A stretch of DNA of 64,000 nt from Gammaproteobacteria bacterium. GTDB lineage: Bacteria > Pseudomonadota > Gammaproteobacteria > SZUA-152. The DNA is taken from the NCBI GenBank assembly GCA_021647705.1, contig JAKIUF010000002.1:137295-201294 (forward strand), in the 5' to 3' direction. Shown in pieces: positions 19,348 through 31,378 of this stretch. The translations under genes and the position numbers were made by a program. Below the pieces are notes generated by a model, which did not search any database, was not told the origin of the DNA, and was given only the letters and a program-made list of their open reading frames with translations. The first letter of the stretch is position 1. Each line of letters starts with the position of its first letter.

Positions 19348-19482
19348 GGTTTGTCTGTGTGCATTTGGTGATACCGAGGTGAAGCCGTCACTCTAGGAGA
19401 ACGGTGCAGGTCAGCAGTTTAACTGAATTAAGCTGTTTTGGATAAAAACAGCAAGCAGGAGTGCAGGAATAAAGGGAGTTTG

Positions 19483-20160
19483 ATGATGAAAATTATGGAC
19501 TGGCCTGAGGAAGAGCGCCCACGGGAAAGATTGCTGGAGCATGGTGCCGCAGCTCTGTCAGATGCAGAATTACTGGCAATATTTTTGCGTACGGGTATTC
19601 CCGGTAAAACGGCGGTGGATCTGGCGCGTGATTTGTTGAATCGTTTTGGCAGTTTACGGGCGTTGTTAAATGCGAATCAGCAGCAGTTTTGTGAGGCTCC
19701 GGGGCTGGGCAAGGCAAAGTTTGCACATTTGCAGGCTTCGGTGGAAATGACACGCCGACATTTTTCCGAAACCTTGCAGCGTGGCAGTGTGTTGGAAAAC
19801 CCGCAGCAGACACAAAACTTTCTGACCGCGCGTTTGCGGGATTATTCGTTTGAAGTTTTTTCCTGTTTATATCTCGATAACCGTCACCGGGTGATTCAGT
19901 TTGAAGAACTGTTTCAGGGCACCATCAATGGTGCGAGTGTGCATCCACGGGAGGTGGTGAAAAAAGCGCTGGGGCATAATGCAGCAGCGGTGATTTTTGC
20001 GCATAATCATCCATCCGGTGTGGCGGAACCCAGCATGGCAGACAAGCAAGTGACCCGACAATTAACCGATGCACTGGCATTGGTGGATGTGCGGGTGCTG
20101 GATCATGTGGTGGTGGGGGATGGAACTACAGTATCGTTTGCCGAGCGGGGGTTGATCTGA
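19483..20160 (+). CDS. radC: RadC-family JAB-domain protein
   Basis: HhH N-terminus and JAMM-like HNHPSG motif; conserved position divergent from coaBC. Confidence 0.85.
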   Translation: MMKIMDWPEEERPRERLLEHGAAALSDAELLAIFLRTGIPGKTAVDLARDLLNRFGSLRALLNANQQQFCEAPGLGKAKFAHLQASVEMTRRHFSETLQRGSVLENPQQTQNFLTARLRDYSFEVFSCLYLDNRHRVIQFEELFQGTINGASVHPREVVKKALGHNAAAVIFAHNHPSGVAEPSMADKQVTRQLTDALALVDVRVLDHVVVGDGTTVSFAERGLI

Positions 20161-20278
20161 TGGGATTTTTGCATAAAAACTACGTTGAAGAGATGCAGTG
20201 TTATTAACACAGAGTGTGTAGAGCACACGCTCCCTTTTTTATGTGTATATGCTGGCTGGGTTTGAATAATGAAAATCC

Positions 20279-20413
20279 AACGCAAAGGCGCGAAGACGCA
20301 GAGGGCGCAAAGTTTTTAGTGTTTTTCTCTGCGCCCTTTGCGCCTCTGCGACCTCTGCGTTAAATACCCGGTGATGCTTAAAACAGATATTTTTAGCGCT
20401 TAATTCACATTTA
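20279..20413. repeat. REP-like palindromic repeat, copy B
   Basis: cgcaaaggcgcgaagacgcagagggcgcaaag .. ctttgcgcctctgcgacctctgcgtt .. TTTTTAGCGCTTAATTCACATTT. Confidence 0.6.
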
Positions 20414-20457
20414 ACTCCCTTCATGTGTCAGGGAGTTGTGTTTCTTAAAAATGAGTG

Positions 20458-21300
20458 CTACCAGGGGTTGAATTTACCCATGGCGCTATCGAGGGCAGTG
20501 ATAGTTTGTGTTAATTCATCCTGCACGTCTTCTTTTGGTGTTTCTTCAGTTTTGTCTATTTCATTGGAAATCCAGCGCAGGGTAATCACGCTGATGTTGT
20601 CCGCTTCCGGGTAGCTGCGAAATTCGGCCTGATAGGCAATGCGTTCAACGGCTTCGGCCAATGGATTCTGAGTTAATGTGTCTGCAATATTTTCTTTTGT
20701 GAGCGGCCCCCACAAGCCATCACTGCACAGCAATAACATGTCATATTTTTCTAACGGTATTTTGTCACTGATTGTGGGAATAGGCGGGTGTTTCTGGTAA
20801 CCCACGCAACGTGTAACCAGGTGTCGTTGCGGATGTTTATCCATTTCTTCTTTGCTGATTTTGCCTTTGCGATGCAGTTCTTCGATTTTTGAATGATCAA
20901 CTGTGCGCACAAATGGTTTGCCGCCACGGAAAAGATACAGGCGGCTGTCGCCCACATGAGCCCACCAGGCATTACCTTCCTGAATCAGACACACCACGCA
21001 AGTGGTACGTGGTTCAATGGGGGGGTACTGTTCACTACCTGCGCGCAGTACGGCGATATGAGCATCGACAATCAAATCTTTAAGAAAGGCAACGGGATCG
21101 GCGGTGGGCAATTTGCTGCGTTTAAATTGTCGCAGCATGCGATTGACCATGGCCTTGGAGGCAATCTGCCCACCACGGTAGCCTCCCATGCCATCTGCCA
21201 GAATCAGCAATACGGTATTATTGTGTTCCACAACGCCGATACGATCTTCGTTCACAACACGATTACCGAGGCGGGAGGTTTTGGCGAGTTGATATTTCAT
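20458..21300 (-). CDS. PP2C-family Ser/Thr protein phosphatase
   Basis: PP2C motifs (ADGMGG, metal-binding Asp residues); downstream of the kinase gene in one operon. Confidence 0.8.
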   Translation of the reverse strand: MKYQLAKTSRLGNRVVNEDRIGVVEHNNTVLLILADGMGGYRGGQIASKAMVNRMLRQFKRSKLPTADPVAFLKDLIVDAHIAVLRAGSEQYPPIEPRTTCVVCLIQEGNAWWAHVGDSRLYLFRGGKPFVRTVDHSKIEELHRKGKISKEEMDKHPQRHLVTRCVGYQKHPPIPTISDKIPLEKYDMLLLCSDGLWGPLTKENIADTLTQNPLAEAVERIAYQAEFRSYPEADNISVITLRWISNEIDKTEETPKEDVQDELTQTITALDSAMGKFNPW

Positions 21301-21315
21301 GTCAGAGTGGCCGGG

Positions 21316-22245
21316 TCAGAGCGGTCGGGTTAACGTATCGACAATTTTTCCCAGCAGGTTGTTACCTTTATTGTCCTGCTGATTTATTGCATCAAGAAAT
21401 TCGTCAACGGTTTGTGGGCGTAACAAAGGGTCCATTTCCATGGCCCAATCCATTGCCTGCAAAAGACTGGAGGAGTAACGCCGTTTAAAAGCATGGGCGG
21501 CAGGTTTCATTTTGTCTTTTTCGTTTCGGTCTTTGGCCGATATGGGTGCGCTCCCTTCGATGCAGGCGCGCATGGAGGCTCCAATAGCGTAGATATCGGT
21601 CCAGGGTCCGATGTAGCCGCCAAGGTTGTATTGTTCCATGGGAGAAAATCCGGGGGTAACGACTTGGGTGACTTGTAGTTTGCGGCTGCTATTGCGGGGA
21701 TGTACTGCCCCGAAATCCAAAAGCAGCGGAACGCCGCCGGAACACAAATGGATGTTGCCGGGCTTGATATCCAGATGCAAAAATCCTGTTTCGTGTACGA
21801 CCCGCAGCCCTTCCAGCAAAGGAGGAAAAATGGTGCGCAAAAAATGTTCACTGAGGTTGCCGCTACGGCTTTTGATATAACGTTGCAGATTTTTACCGGG
21901 ACGATATTCCATCACCATATAAACAGTGCCATTGGCGCGGAAAAAATTCAGCACGCGCACAATGTTGGGATGTTTGAGTTTGATCAGAGCGGCGGCTTCC
22001 TGCAAAAACAGACGCATGCCTTCGTTATGGTGTTCCTGTTGTTGTTCACCCTGTGGCATGACAAAACCATCAGACAGACGCTGAGCCAGCTTGTTGGGCA
22101 TGTATTCTTTGATGACAATTTGCAGATTGTTTTGCAAATCAGTGGCGAGGTACACAATGCCGAAGCCGCCAGCACTCAATGTATTATTGATGCGGTAGTG
22201 TTCCAGTTTTGTACCGGCAGGAAGGGCAGTGTCAGACTCAATCAT
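21316..22245 (-). CDS. Ser/Thr protein kinase (Hanks-type)
   Basis: Gly-rich loop GGFGIVYLA, VIK Lys, HLDIKPGNI catalytic loop, DFG. Confidence 0.85.
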   Translation of the reverse strand: MIESDTALPAGTKLEHYRINNTLSAGGFGIVYLATDLQNNLQIVIKEYMPNKLAQRLSDGFVMPQGEQQQEHHNEGMRLFLQEAAALIKLKHPNIVRVLNFFRANGTVYMVMEYRPGKNLQRYIKSRSGNLSEHFLRTIFPPLLEGLRVVHETGFLHLDIKPGNIHLCSGGVPLLLDFGAVHPRNSSRKLQVTQVVTPGFSPMEQYNLGGYIGPWTDIYAIGASMRACIEGSAPISAKDRNEKDKMKPAAHAFKRRYSSSLLQAMDWAMEMDPLLRPQTVDEFLDAINQQDNKGNNLLGKIVDTLTRPL

Positions 22246-22358
22246 AAATACATTACCGTTTTTTGTTCACGGTGCTTTGTTACAAAGGCCGGTTCTCCAT
22301 GTGTTGAATTGGCGTTACACTGCGCGTTGATTTACAGCACACAACCTTTCGGGAGCAA

Positions 22359-23243
22359 TTGGAGATGATTTACAGCATGACGGCGTTTTCCCGACAGGAA
22401 GGCGATACTGAAAATGGGCACCTCGTTTGGGAATTAAGATCGGTCAATCACCGGTTTTCTGAAGTCAGCCTGCGTTTGCCGGAGGAACTGCGTTTTCTGG
22501 AACCAAAAATCCGGGAGCAGGTGGCTAAATGCATCAAACGAGGGAAAATTGATGCCACTTTGCGTTTTCAAACCACAAATCAATCGGTAGACAATGAGTC
22601 GCCAGCGTTGGAAATTGATAAGGCGCTGGTGGAAAAGCTGGCCCATGTGACCCGCGAAATTGACCAGTTGTTATACAATGCGGCTCCGATCAATGCCCTG
22701 GAGATTTTGCAGTGGCCGGGTGTACTGAAGGCACCGGAAAAAAATACTCAGCAACTGGTTGCCGATGCCCAGGTTCTGTTGGAGGCCGCGCTGGTGGATT
22801 TACTGGATTCACGGGCGCGTGAGGGTGAAAAGCTCAAAGCGGTGATCGAGGCGCGTTGCGTCGCCATTGATGCGCAGGTGAAAATAGTGACGGAGCGTTT
22901 GCCAGAGATTTTACGGGCAACACGCGAGCGGTTGGAAAAACGTCTGGCGGAAATCCAGGGTGAGTTGGACCCTGCGCGATTGGAGCAGGAAGTTGTGTTA
23001 CTGCTCAATAAGGCGGATGTAGACGAGGAAATTGAACGCCTTAAAGCTCATGTTGACGAAGTACGGCGGGTATTGACTCAGGATGAGCCCGTGGGGCGAC
23101 GATTGGACTTTCTCATGCAGGAGCTGAACCGGGAGGCCAATACGCTGGGTTCAAAGTCGGTACATACTGACACCACGGCCGTTTCGGTGGAATTAAAGGT
23201 GCTGATTGAGCAGATGCGAGAGCAGATTCAGAATATCGAATAA
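22359..23243 (+). CDS. yicC: YicC-family stress-induced protein
   Basis: N-terminal YicC domain and C-terminal DUF1732; conserved position upstream of gmk. Confidence 0.85.
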   Translation: MEMIYSMTAFSRQEGDTENGHLVWELRSVNHRFSEVSLRLPEELRFLEPKIREQVAKCIKRGKIDATLRFQTTNQSVDNESPALEIDKALVEKLAHVTREIDQLLYNAAPINALEILQWPGVLKAPEKNTQQLVADAQVLLEAALVDLLDSRAREGEKLKAVIEARCVAIDAQVKIVTERLPEILRATRERLEKRLAEIQGELDPARLEQEVVLLLNKADVDEEIERLKAHVDEVRRVLTQDEPVGRRLDFLMQELNREANTLGSKSVHTDTTAVSVELKVLIEQMREQIQNIE

Positions 23244-23317
23244 TTGGGTAGATTGGTTACCGCTGTTGCTATTTCAGGCACGCGTTAACAATAGTTATGT
23301 TTTGGGAGAATATTTGC

Positions 23318-23953
23318 ATGACACAGCAGCAGGGTGCCAGCGGCACGCTTTATATTGTTTCGGCCCCTTCCGGTGCAGGTAAAACGAGCCTGTTAAAGGT
23401 ATTGCTTGAGGATGCAGAGGGTATCGGGGTGTCGGTATCTCATACCACGCGAGCCATGCGTCCTGGCGAGCAGGATGGTGTGCATTATCATTTTGTGGAT
23501 GAAAGTGTTTTCAAGCAAATGATTGAACAGGGAGATTTTTTGGAATATGCCCAGGTGTTTGATCATTATTACGGTACATCTCAGGCGGCAGTGACGGCGC
23601 AGCTGGCTTCGGGGCAGGATGTTATTCTGGAGATTGATTGGCAGGGCGCTCGTCAGATACGCACACGTTTTGCAGATGCGGTGGGCATTTTTATTTTGCC
23701 ACCCTCCAAAGTGGCACTGCGGGAGCGGCTTACCGGGCGGGGTCAGGACGATGACGCTATTATTGCCCGGCGCATGCAGGATGCAGAGGCTGAAATGTCG
23801 CACTATGATGAGTTTGATTATGTCGTGGTGAACGACAACTTTGATACCGCTGTGACAGATTTGCAGGCAGTCATCAGCAGCCAGCGACTAAAAATTGAAC
23901 GCCAGCGTGTCGGTTTGCAGCATTTATTGGTCGATTTATTGGACAATTTATAG
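23318..23953 (+). CDS. gmk: Guanylate kinase
   Basis: P-loop [10 protein letters not shown], guanylate kinase signature. Confidence 0.9.
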   Translation: MTQQQGASGTLYIVSAPSGAGKTSLLKVLLEDAEGIGVSVSHTTRAMRPGEQDGVHYHFVDESVFKQMIEQGDFLEYAQVFDHYYGTSQAAVTAQLASGQDVILEIDWQGARQIRTRFADAVGIFILPPSKVALRERLTGRGQDDDAIIARRMQDAEAEMSHYDEFDYVVVNDNFDTAVTDLQAVISSQRLKIERQRVGLQHLLVDLLDNL

Positions 23954-24148
23954 AGTAATGCGGCCTGTTTGTTTTTGTCCGGGGCCATCAGAGCTGTTTT
24001 AGAACTGGTAAAGCTGGGCCCGTTTTTGTACAATTTTCCGCCCTCATGGAAAATCACCGGTTTTACGGTGTGGTTTTGCGGTGTAGAGGGCCACATTCAC
24101 ATTATCAGGATTCGTTTTTTTACGGTCCACATTCAGGAGTTTTGTATC

Positions 24149-24436
24149 ATGGCACGAGTCACCGTTGAAGATTGTCTGGAAAACGTCAACAGTCGTTTTG
24201 AGTTGGTGTTATTGGCGAGCAAGCGTGCCCGGCAACTGGTTAATGGCAAGGAGGCAATGGTGGATTGGGAAAATGACAAAGCCACCGTTGTTGCCCTGCG
24301 CGAGATCGGTGAAGGTAAAATCAGTGACAAAATACTGGAAAAAATGGCCAGTGACGAGCGCCTGGCGCGCGAAGCTGCCGAAGCAGAAGCGGCTGCGGCG
24401 GAAGCGGCTGAGTTTGCCGAGCGACACGAGAATTAA
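24149..24436 (+). CDS. rpoZ: DNA-directed RNA polymerase omega subunit
   Basis: [30 protein letters not shown] is the RpoZ signature. Confidence 0.9.
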   Translation: MARVTVEDCLENVNSRFELVLLASKRARQLVNGKEAMVDWENDKATVVALREIGEGKISDKILEKMASDERLAREAAEAEAAAAEAAEFAERHEN

Positions 24437-24571
24437 TAACGGTTATATTGTCACATGCCTTTTAGTTGAAGGCATGTGATTGGTAAAAATCCTGCTTGCC
24501 AGGATGTTTCCCGCCTAAAAATATGGAGCACTTGCTCCCCCATTAAAAGACGTTAAGACAAAGAGAGCCCG

Positions 24572-26743
24572 GTGTTTCTAATCCATGATCTGTGTACTCT
24601 GCTGGAAGGGTATCTTGAACCGGATCAGGTAAAGGAAGTTTATCGGGCATATCTGTTTGGTGCCGAAGCCCACGAAGGCCAGTACCGTCTTAGTGGTGAA
24701 CCCTACATTTATCATCCGCTTGCCGTGGCCAGAATCCTGGCTGAAATGCGCATGGACTACAACACGATCATCGCAGCATTGTTGCATGATGTGATTGAAG
24801 ATACCGACACCATCAGAGAAACCCTGGCGAGCAGCTTCAGCGAAGAAGTGGCTGCTTTGGTGGATGGTGTCACCAAATTGACCCAGGTTAAATTTGGTAG
24901 CAAGGCCGAAGCGCAGGCCGAAAATTTCCGTAAAATGATCCTCGCTATGGCGAAGGATATTCGTATCATCCTCATCAAATTAGCAGACCGCCTGCACAAT
25001 ATGCGCACTCTGGATGTAATGCGGCCCGATAAAAAACGGCGCATTGCGCGTGAAACGCTGGAAATTTATGCACCCATTGCCAATCGCCTGGGCATGAAAA
25101 ATATCTGTTTGGAACTAGAGGATTTGTGTTTTGGGGCAATCCATCCACTGCGTTATCGGGTGCTGGATAAAGCGGTAAAACAGGCCCGAGGGCATCGCAA
25201 GGAAATTGTCGATAAAATCCGCATTGCCATTGAAGAACGCCTGCGCAGCGAAGGATTAGATGTTCCGGTCATCGGCAGAGAAAAACATCTGTACAGCATT
25301 TATCAGAAAATGCGCAACAAAGTGTTAACGTTTAAAGAAATTGCCGATGTTTTTGCATTCAGGTTGGTTGTTGACAAGGTTGATACCTGTTATCGCGCAT
25401 TAGGTGTCGTACACAATTTGTATAAACCAATGCCGGGCCGGTTCAAGGATTATATTGCCATCCCTAAGGCCAATGGTTATCAGTCCCTGCATACGATTTT
25501 GTTTAGCCCCTACGGCATTCCCATTGAGGTTCAGATTCGCTCCGAAGACATGCAGCGTGTGGCGGAAGCCGGTATTGCCGCGCACTGGCTGTATAAAACC
25601 GGTGATGCTACGCCGGTGCATGCCACTGAGTGGCTCAAGCGATTGCTGGAAATGCAGCAAAATGCGGGCAATTCTGAAGAATTTCTCGAAAATGCAAAAA
25701 TCGATTTGTTTCCCGATGAAGTGTATGTATTTACGCCGGAAGGCGACATCATGAATATTTCACGGGGCGCAACAGCGCTGGATTTTGCCTACGCCGTCCA
25801 TACCGATGTGGGTAACACCTGTGTGTCGGTGATGATTGACCGACGCCTGTCACCATTGCGCAGTGTATTGCTCAACGGGCAAACGGTGGAAATTATTACT
25901 GCGCCTGGCGCAAAGCCAAATCCGGTTTGGCTGGATTTTGTGGCGACAGGCAAAGCCCGCGCCAACATACGCTATTTTTTGAAGCACATGCAGCAAGATG
26001 AGGCGATCAGTTTGGGGAAACGCTTGTTGGAAAAAGCGATGGCGGCTATTTCGGTTTCCTGGGAAAAAATTTCAGCAGAATCACAGCATGAAATTCTGAA
26101 CAACCTGAATGTAAAAAAATTGGACAATCTTTACGAAGATGTCAGTTTGGGAAAACGAGTGGCATCGGTAGTTGCCCGACAAATTGCAGATATGCAATCA
26201 GGCAAAAGTTTGCACAACCAGGAAAGTGCTGGTGTGAAAGGCATGTTTAATCGTTATGTGCCGGGCTGGATGAAAACATCAGCCAATCGTTCAGTCAATC
26301 AACCGCTGGCTATTCGTGGCACGGAAGGCTCTGTTGTCACTTATGCCAAATGTTGTCACCCGATTCCCGGTGATCCCATTCTGGGTTTCGTGAGTGCGGG
26401 CCGGGGTATTGTGATACATCTGCGCGGCTGTAAAAATGTGGGTGAATTCAAAAACAGCCCGGAACGCTGGGTGGACGTACAATGGCAAAAAGATGTTGAG
26501 GGTTTTTACCCGGTAGATATTCGTGTGGATACGGCAAACCGGCGTGGTATTTTGGCCACAGTGGCAGCGGCTATTTCAGATCTTGAGTCCAATATTGAAA
26601 ATGTATCTATTGCAGAACATGATGGCCGTTATTCTACAATGATATTTACCGTGTCTGTAAAGGATCGTGTGCATTTGGCACAGTTGATGCGGCGCATAAA
26701 AACGACCAATGGTGTAGTGAAAATTGCGCGATCAAAGTCATAA
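24572..26743 (+). CDS. spoT: Bifunctional (p)ppGpp synthetase/hydrolase (SpoT-type)
   Basis: HD domain (HDVIEDT), RelA/SpoT synthetase domain, TGS and ACT domains; gmk-rpoZ-spoT synteny. Confidence 0.9.
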   Translation: MFLIHDLCTLLEGYLEPDQVKEVYRAYLFGAEAHEGQYRLSGEPYIYHPLAVARILAEMRMDYNTIIAALLHDVIEDTDTIRETLASSFSEEVAALVDGVTKLTQVKFGSKAEAQAENFRKMILAMAKDIRIILIKLADRLHNMRTLDVMRPDKKRRIARETLEIYAPIANRLGMKNICLELEDLCFGAIHPLRYRVLDKAVKQARGHRKEIVDKIRIAIEERLRSEGLDVPVIGREKHLYSIYQKMRNKVLTFKEIADVFAFRLVVDKVDTCYRALGVVHNLYKPMPGRFKDYIAIPKANGYQSLHTILFSPYGIPIEVQIRSEDMQRVAEAGIAAHWLYKTGDATPVHATEWLKRLLEMQQNAGNSEEFLENAKIDLFPDEVYVFTPEGDIMNISRGATALDFAYAVHTDVGNTCVSVMIDRRLSPLRSVLLNGQTVEIITAPGAKPNPVWLDFVATGKARANIRYFLKHMQQDEAISLGKRLLEKAMAAISVSWEKISAESQHEILNNLNVKKLDNLYEDVSLGKRVASVVARQIADMQSGKSLHNQESAGVKGMFNRYVPGWMKTSANRSVNQPLAIRGTEGSVVTYAKCCHPIPGDPILGFVSAGRGIVIHLRGCKNVGEFKNSPERWVDVQWQKDVEGFYPVDIRVDTANRRGILATVAAAISDLESNIENVSIAEHDGRYSTMIFTVSVKDRVHLAQLMRRIKTTNGVVKIARSKS

Positions 26744-26757
26744 TAAAACAGGAGAAG

Positions 26758-27171
26758 TTGATGAGTCAGGCGATTAACGTTGAAGCAAAAAAGCGTGAAG
26801 CAATACATACTGATGCCGCACCGAGTGCTATTGGTACTTATTCACAAGCGATAAAGATTGGCGATACTGTGTACCTTTCCGGGCAGATTCCATTAGTGCC
26901 GGAAACCATGGAAGTGCTTGATGCGGATATGGCTGCGCAAATTCGCTTGGTGTTTGATAACCTGCAAGCGGTCACTATGGCAGCAGGCGGCAGTCTGGCG
27001 GATATTGCCAAATTAAATATTTTTCTTACCGACCTTTCTCATTTTGCGCTGGTGAATGAAATAATGGCTGATTATTTTCAGCAGCCCTATCCAGCACGTG
27101 CTGCGGTAGGTGTTGCCAGCCTGCCCAAAGGTGTTCCGGTGGAGATGGACGCTATCATGGTGCTGACTTAA
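26758..27171 (+). CDS. ridA: RidA/YjgF-family reactive intermediate deaminase
   Basis: YjgF/chorismate-mutase-like fold; 137 aa. Confidence 0.85.
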   Translation: MMSQAINVEAKKREAIHTDAAPSAIGTYSQAIKIGDTVYLSGQIPLVPETMEVLDADMAAQIRLVFDNLQAVTMAAGGSLADIAKLNIFLTDLSHFALVNEIMADYFQQPYPARAAVGVASLPKGVPVEMDAIMVLT

Positions 27172-27623
27172 TTGTTGCGTGCGCCCTGGTCAATCCACTG
27201 ACGCAATGTCCGGATTTGCTCATCGCTCAATGGTGGCTGATTGCCATGCGGCATATTAATGGAAGGGTTTGCACGTCCTTCAACCAAAATAATCAAGGTG
27301 CTGGAGAGGCTATCTCCGGGTTTGATGACCGGTCCGAACTTAGTGCCCTGTAACAACGCCTCATAGCCCGATAATTTCAAGCCGCTGGCGATGGTGCCTG
27401 CACCCTTTTCATCATGGCATTTCAGACAATGCTGGGTGAGAATGGGTTGTATTTGTTTGGAAAAACTGACTTCGGCAGCGGGAGGTGTGCTGTCACAACT
27501 GCTGAGCAGTAAGACGGCAGCGACAGCGAATAGAGTCAAAGATATCGGTCGATATTGGTACACAGAGTGTCTCCGGTGATTATCGATGAGAAAGTATAGT
27601 ATGCATTGTTGCATATAACGCAT
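27168..27623 (-). CDS. c-type cytochrome (single CxxCH), periplasmic
   Basis: Signal/TM N-terminus and CLKCHD heme-binding motif. Confidence 0.65.
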   Translation of the reverse strand: MRYMQQCILYFLIDNHRRHSVYQYRPISLTLFAVAAVLLLSSCDSTPPAAEVSFSKQIQPILTQHCLKCHDEKGAGTIASGLKLSGYEALLQGTKFGPVIKPGDSLSSTLIILVEGRANPSINMPHGNQPPLSDEQIRTLRQWIDQGARNN

Positions 27624-27798
27624 GATTATTAATGCATGGAGTTTAGTTGGTTTTCCTGAGGTTTACGGTAGTTCGAATAAAAAATTGAAAATATTGATTT
27701 ATACATGTATTTTAAATATAGTTTTATAAGATCAGTGGCAATATAGTGAAAAACGGTGATAATTACACGTAATGATAGCGCTCAAGAGGGATTTCTGA

Positions 27799-28560
27799 AT
27801 GTTGATAAAAGAGCACTGTAGCCATTTTTCCATGTTGCCCATCGGCATGCGAGTGATGTTTACTGGCACTCTGGTTGTGCTGGGAGTGGGTTACCTGTTT
27901 GCGATGATCTATATTTTTGCTTCGCATGCAGGCCGGGATGGAAATCCAAATTTGTCAGTGGATGACCTGATTATTGCCTACAGTGGTAGTAAATCAGATA
28001 CCCGCCTTGAAGGAGCCTTGAAGGGGCCGATGGCCAATATGCTGCCACAGAATGAGCGGGACGAAATCATTGCCTGGGTACGTCGAGGGGCGGAGCAGGA
28101 AGAATACACAACACGTATTGAGCCGATTATCGAAAAACGCTGCATGGTGTGTCATAACGGATCAAACCCTCACATAGCAAGTTTAAAAAAATATGAAGAC
28201 ATAATGTTAATGGCGGAATTGGATACGGGCATGGATATTTTTACCCTTGTGCGTGTATCGCACATCCACTTATTTGGCATTACCTTTATTTTTTATATCG
28301 TGGGTTCAATTTTTTGCCATGCTTACATTAAGCTTGTCTGGCTCAAATGCGCATTGATAGCGACGCCTTTTCTGGCAATTGTGCTGGATATTGGCTCCTG
28401 GTATCTCACTAAGGTTTATCCACCATTCGCGTGGGTAGTGATGGTGAGTGGCGTATTGATGGGTGTTTCATTTGCTGTGCAATGGGTAATTTCGATCTAT
28501 CAAATGTGGTTTTACACATTGCCGGAAGACGTACAGAAAAGTGGCGGACATGTATCTTGA
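27799..28560 (+). CDS. Integral membrane protein with periplasmic CxxCH heme motif
   Basis: Several TM helices plus CMVCHNGS motif. Confidence 0.5.
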   Translation: MLIKEHCSHFSMLPIGMRVMFTGTLVVLGVGYLFAMIYIFASHAGRDGNPNLSVDDLIIAYSGSKSDTRLEGALKGPMANMLPQNERDEIIAWVRRGAEQEEYTTRIEPIIEKRCMVCHNGSNPHIASLKKYEDIMLMAELDTGMDIFTLVRVSHIHLFGITFIFYIVGSIFCHAYIKLVWLKCALIATPFLAIVLDIGSWYLTKVYPPFAWVVMVSGVLMGVSFAVQWVISIYQMWFYTLPEDVQKSGGHVS

Positions 28561-28630
28561 AAAATGCGTTTTATGTAAATCGCAGAACTGAAGACAGTCA
28601 AAAACCAGAGAAAACCGAAGGAGAAATAAA

Positions 28631-28948
28631 ATGAAAGTATCCATTAAAAGACTTTTATTGAGTTCAGTAATGTTGGCAACAGGGTTAATGTTGGTTAATG
28701 CGCATGCAGGTGATGCTGTTGCAGGCAAGACAAAAAGTGCCACCTGTGCCGCTTGCCATGGTGCAAATGGCAAGAGCAGCATACCGACAAATCCGCACCT
28801 GGCGGGACAACAAGAATTGTATTTGGTTAAGGCTATCAAGGATTATCGTGACGGCAAGCGTAAAGATCCGATGATGAGTACGATGGCCGCCAAATTGAGT
28901 GATACTGATATTGCTGATCTGGCTGCATTTTTTGCCAGTATAAAATAG
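28631..28948 (+). CDS. Class I c-type cytochrome (c-551/c-552-like)
   Basis: Signal peptide, CAACHG heme site, distal Met region. Confidence 0.75.
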   Translation: MKVSIKRLLLSSVMLATGLMLVNAHAGDAVAGKTKSATCAACHGANGKSSIPTNPHLAGQQELYLVKAIKDYRDGKRKDPMMSTMAAKLSDTDIADLAAFFASIK

Positions 28949-29046
28949 GGCGCTCAGGAAAAACGATGAGCCAACGGCTCATCGTTTTTCATAAACCTCA
29001 AAGGCCGTGTACAATCGCAGCGAGTCCCTCCAGTGGATAAGCTGCC

Positions 29047-31167
29047 TTGAACCAACCCTCACCAATATCTGAAAACCCCCAGAGCCAATCATTGACCTGC
29101 TTGAAAGGAGTAGGTCCCAGTGTGCAACAAAAGCTGGCCAACCTGGGCATTCATTGCGTTGCCGATTTATTATTCCATTTGCCGCTGCGTTATCAAGACC
29201 GTACCCGGACCGCCGTGCTTGGCAGTTTGCGCAATGGGGATGAAATTACCGTGCGGGGTGAGGTGCAGCTCACTGAAATAAAATATGGCCGCCGTCGTAT
29301 GTTGTTGTCGCGGATTAGTGATGGGACTGGTTTTTTAACCTTACGATTTTTTCATTTTAGTGCGCAGCAACAGGCAAGCCTTGCGCGTGGAACTCAGGTG
29401 GAATGTTTTGGCGAGGTGCGCGCAGCAGGTGGCGCACTGGAAATGGTGCATCCGGAATATCGGGTACTGGAGGGCGATGCTGAACCGATTAAAAAAGAAG
29501 CTCGCTTGACTCCCGTGTATCCAACCACAGAAGGTTTGCGCCAATTAAAATTGCGCACTTTGATTAATACAGTATTGGCAGACCCAGCATTATTTGCCGC
29601 ACAATTAACCGAATTTCTGCCCGTAAAAATATTACAGCAGGAAAAAATGCCCACCCTACAAGCCGCCATTCATTATGTGCATTATCCATCTGTGGATGCA
29701 GATGTTCATGAATTACAGGCGGGTGAGCATCCCATGCAGCAGCGTCTCGCTTTTGAGGAATTGTTAGCGCATCAGGTTAGCTTGCGTCAGTTGCGTCATC
29801 AGCAACAAAAAAAAGCAGCGGCGGCAATGTGTGTCAGTGGACGTTTAAAAACTGCTTTAGAGAAAAACCTGCCATTCAAGTTAACCGCAGCTCAGCAACG
29901 AGTGATCAATGAAATAAAATTGGATCTGGATCAGCCGCACCCAATGCAACGTTTAGTGCAGGGTGATGTGGGCAGTGGTAAAACTATTGTCGCGGCGATG
30001 GCGGCCTTGCAAACGGTGGAAGCAGGTTTTCAGGTGGCGATAATGGCTCCTACAGAATTGCTTGCTGAGCAGCATCGCATCAATTTTACGCAGTGGTTAT
30101 CCGCATTGGATGTATCCGTATTTTGGCTTTCCGGTAAAACAAAAAGAGCGGCGCGCAAAGACACCCTGGCAGCGCTGAATGATGGCAGTGCGCAGGTGAT
30201 TGTGGGTACCCAGGCCTTGTTTCAGGAAGGCGTGGAATTCAGACAGCTCGGGCTGGTAATTATTGATGAGCAGCATCGTTTTGGTGTGCATCAGCGTTTG
30301 TCATTGCGCAACAAAGGTGCGAGTGACGGTGCGCATGGCGAAAGTTATCCACATCAGCTGGTGATGACCGCGACCCCGATTCCACGCACGCTGGCACAAA
30401 CGGCCTACGCGGATCTGGAAGTGTCAGTTATTGATGAATTGCCGCCAGGTCGTAGCCCGGTGGAAACTGTGGTGATTTCAGAGCAGCGCCGTGATGAAGT
30501 TGTGGCACGTACCCATAAGGCGTGCCAGGGGGGGCGACAGGCTTACTGGGTGTGTCCACTGGTGGAAGAGTCTGAAAAACTGCAATGTCAGGCCGCACAG
30601 GAAACAGCGGAAGCTTTACGCATGGCGTTGCCGGACTTGCGCATTGGTTTGGTGCATGGTCGGCTTAAAACGGCGGAAAAAGCCAAAGTGATGGCGGTAT
30701 TCAAAGCAGGTGAGATTGATTTGCTGGTGGCCACCACGGTGATTGAAGTGGGTGTCGATGTGCCCAATGCTACGTTGATGATTATCGATAATGCGGAGCG
30801 CCTGGGATTGTCACAATTACATCAGTTACGTGGTCGTGTGGGCCGGGGGACACAGCAAAGCAATTGTGTGTTGCTTTATGGCTCGGCGTTATCAAAAACG
30901 GCCCGAGCACGTTTAGCGATTTTACGGGAAAGTAATGATGGTTTTGTGGTGGCGCAACGGGATCTGGAAATTCGTGGTCCGGGTGAGTTGCTGGGTACCC
31001 GGCAAACGGGACTGGTTAATTTGCGTATTGCCGATTTTCAACGGGATCAAGCGTTGATTCCATGTATTGCCCGATGCGCTGAACTTTTGTTGAAAGAGCA
31101 CCCTGAAAGTGTGGCTCCGCTGATGCGACGCTGGTTGGGTGATGGTCTGCAATACGGCAAAGTGTGA
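29047..31167 (+). CDS. recG: ATP-dependent DNA helicase RecG
   Basis: Wedge domain, helicase motifs (GDVGSGKT, DEQHRFG), spoT-recG synteny. Confidence 0.9.
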   Translation: MNQPSPISENPQSQSLTCLKGVGPSVQQKLANLGIHCVADLLFHLPLRYQDRTRTAVLGSLRNGDEITVRGEVQLTEIKYGRRRMLLSRISDGTGFLTLRFFHFSAQQQASLARGTQVECFGEVRAAGGALEMVHPEYRVLEGDAEPIKKEARLTPVYPTTEGLRQLKLRTLINTVLADPALFAAQLTEFLPVKILQQEKMPTLQAAIHYVHYPSVDADVHELQAGEHPMQQRLAFEELLAHQVSLRQLRHQQQKKAAAAMCVSGRLKTALEKNLPFKLTAAQQRVINEIKLDLDQPHPMQRLVQGDVGSGKTIVAAMAALQTVEAGFQVAIMAPTELLAEQHRINFTQWLSALDVSVFWLSGKTKRAARKDTLAALNDGSAQVIVGTQALFQEGVEFRQLGLVIIDEQHRFGVHQRLSLRNKGASDGAHGESYPHQLVMTATPIPRTLAQTAYADLEVSVIDELPPGRSPVETVVISEQRRDEVVARTHKACQGGRQAYWVCPLVEESEKLQCQAAQETAEALRMALPDLRIGLVHGRLKTAEKAKVMAVFKAGEIDLLVATTVIEVGVDVPNATLMIIDNAERLGLSQLHQLRGRVGRGTQQSNCVLLYGSALSKTARARLAILRESNDGFVVAQRDLEIRGPGELLGTRQTGLVNLRIADFQRDQALIPCIARCAELLLKEHPESVAPLMRRWLGDGLQYGKV

Positions 31168-31293
31168 GCAAAAATACAGGTGGGCTCAAGGAAGAAAAAG
31201 TGAATAGTGGGGCTGTTTTCTTGACTATTTAAATATCTGCGTCTAAACACTCAGTTGAATCATCATTATCCTCTCAGGTGGTGATTTCGTTTA

Positions 31294-31322
31294 ACGGCCT
31301 TTCCCCAAGGCCGTCTTTTTGT
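31294..31322 (+). terminator. Rho-independent terminator downstream of recG
   Basis: ACGGCCTTTCCCCAAGGCCGT hairpin plus T-run. Confidence 0.6.
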
Positions 31323-31331
31323 TCATTGAAT

Positions 31332-31357
31332 AAAAAACCCACCTCGTGGGTGGGTTC
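31332..31357 (-). terminator. Rho-independent terminator of the minus-strand Lys/Ala-rich protein gene
   Basis: AAAAAACCCACCTCGTGGGTGGGTT hairpin (T-run on the minus strand). Confidence 0.6.
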
Positions 31358-31378
31358 TTGTGCATTGTTCCAGCAGGA

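Noticed and set aside
20239-20424. 61-aa ORF (-) and its relative at 58612..58827 (+)
   Set aside because: Both fall inside copies of the REP-like repeat. The shared peptide reflects repeat sequence, not a gene.
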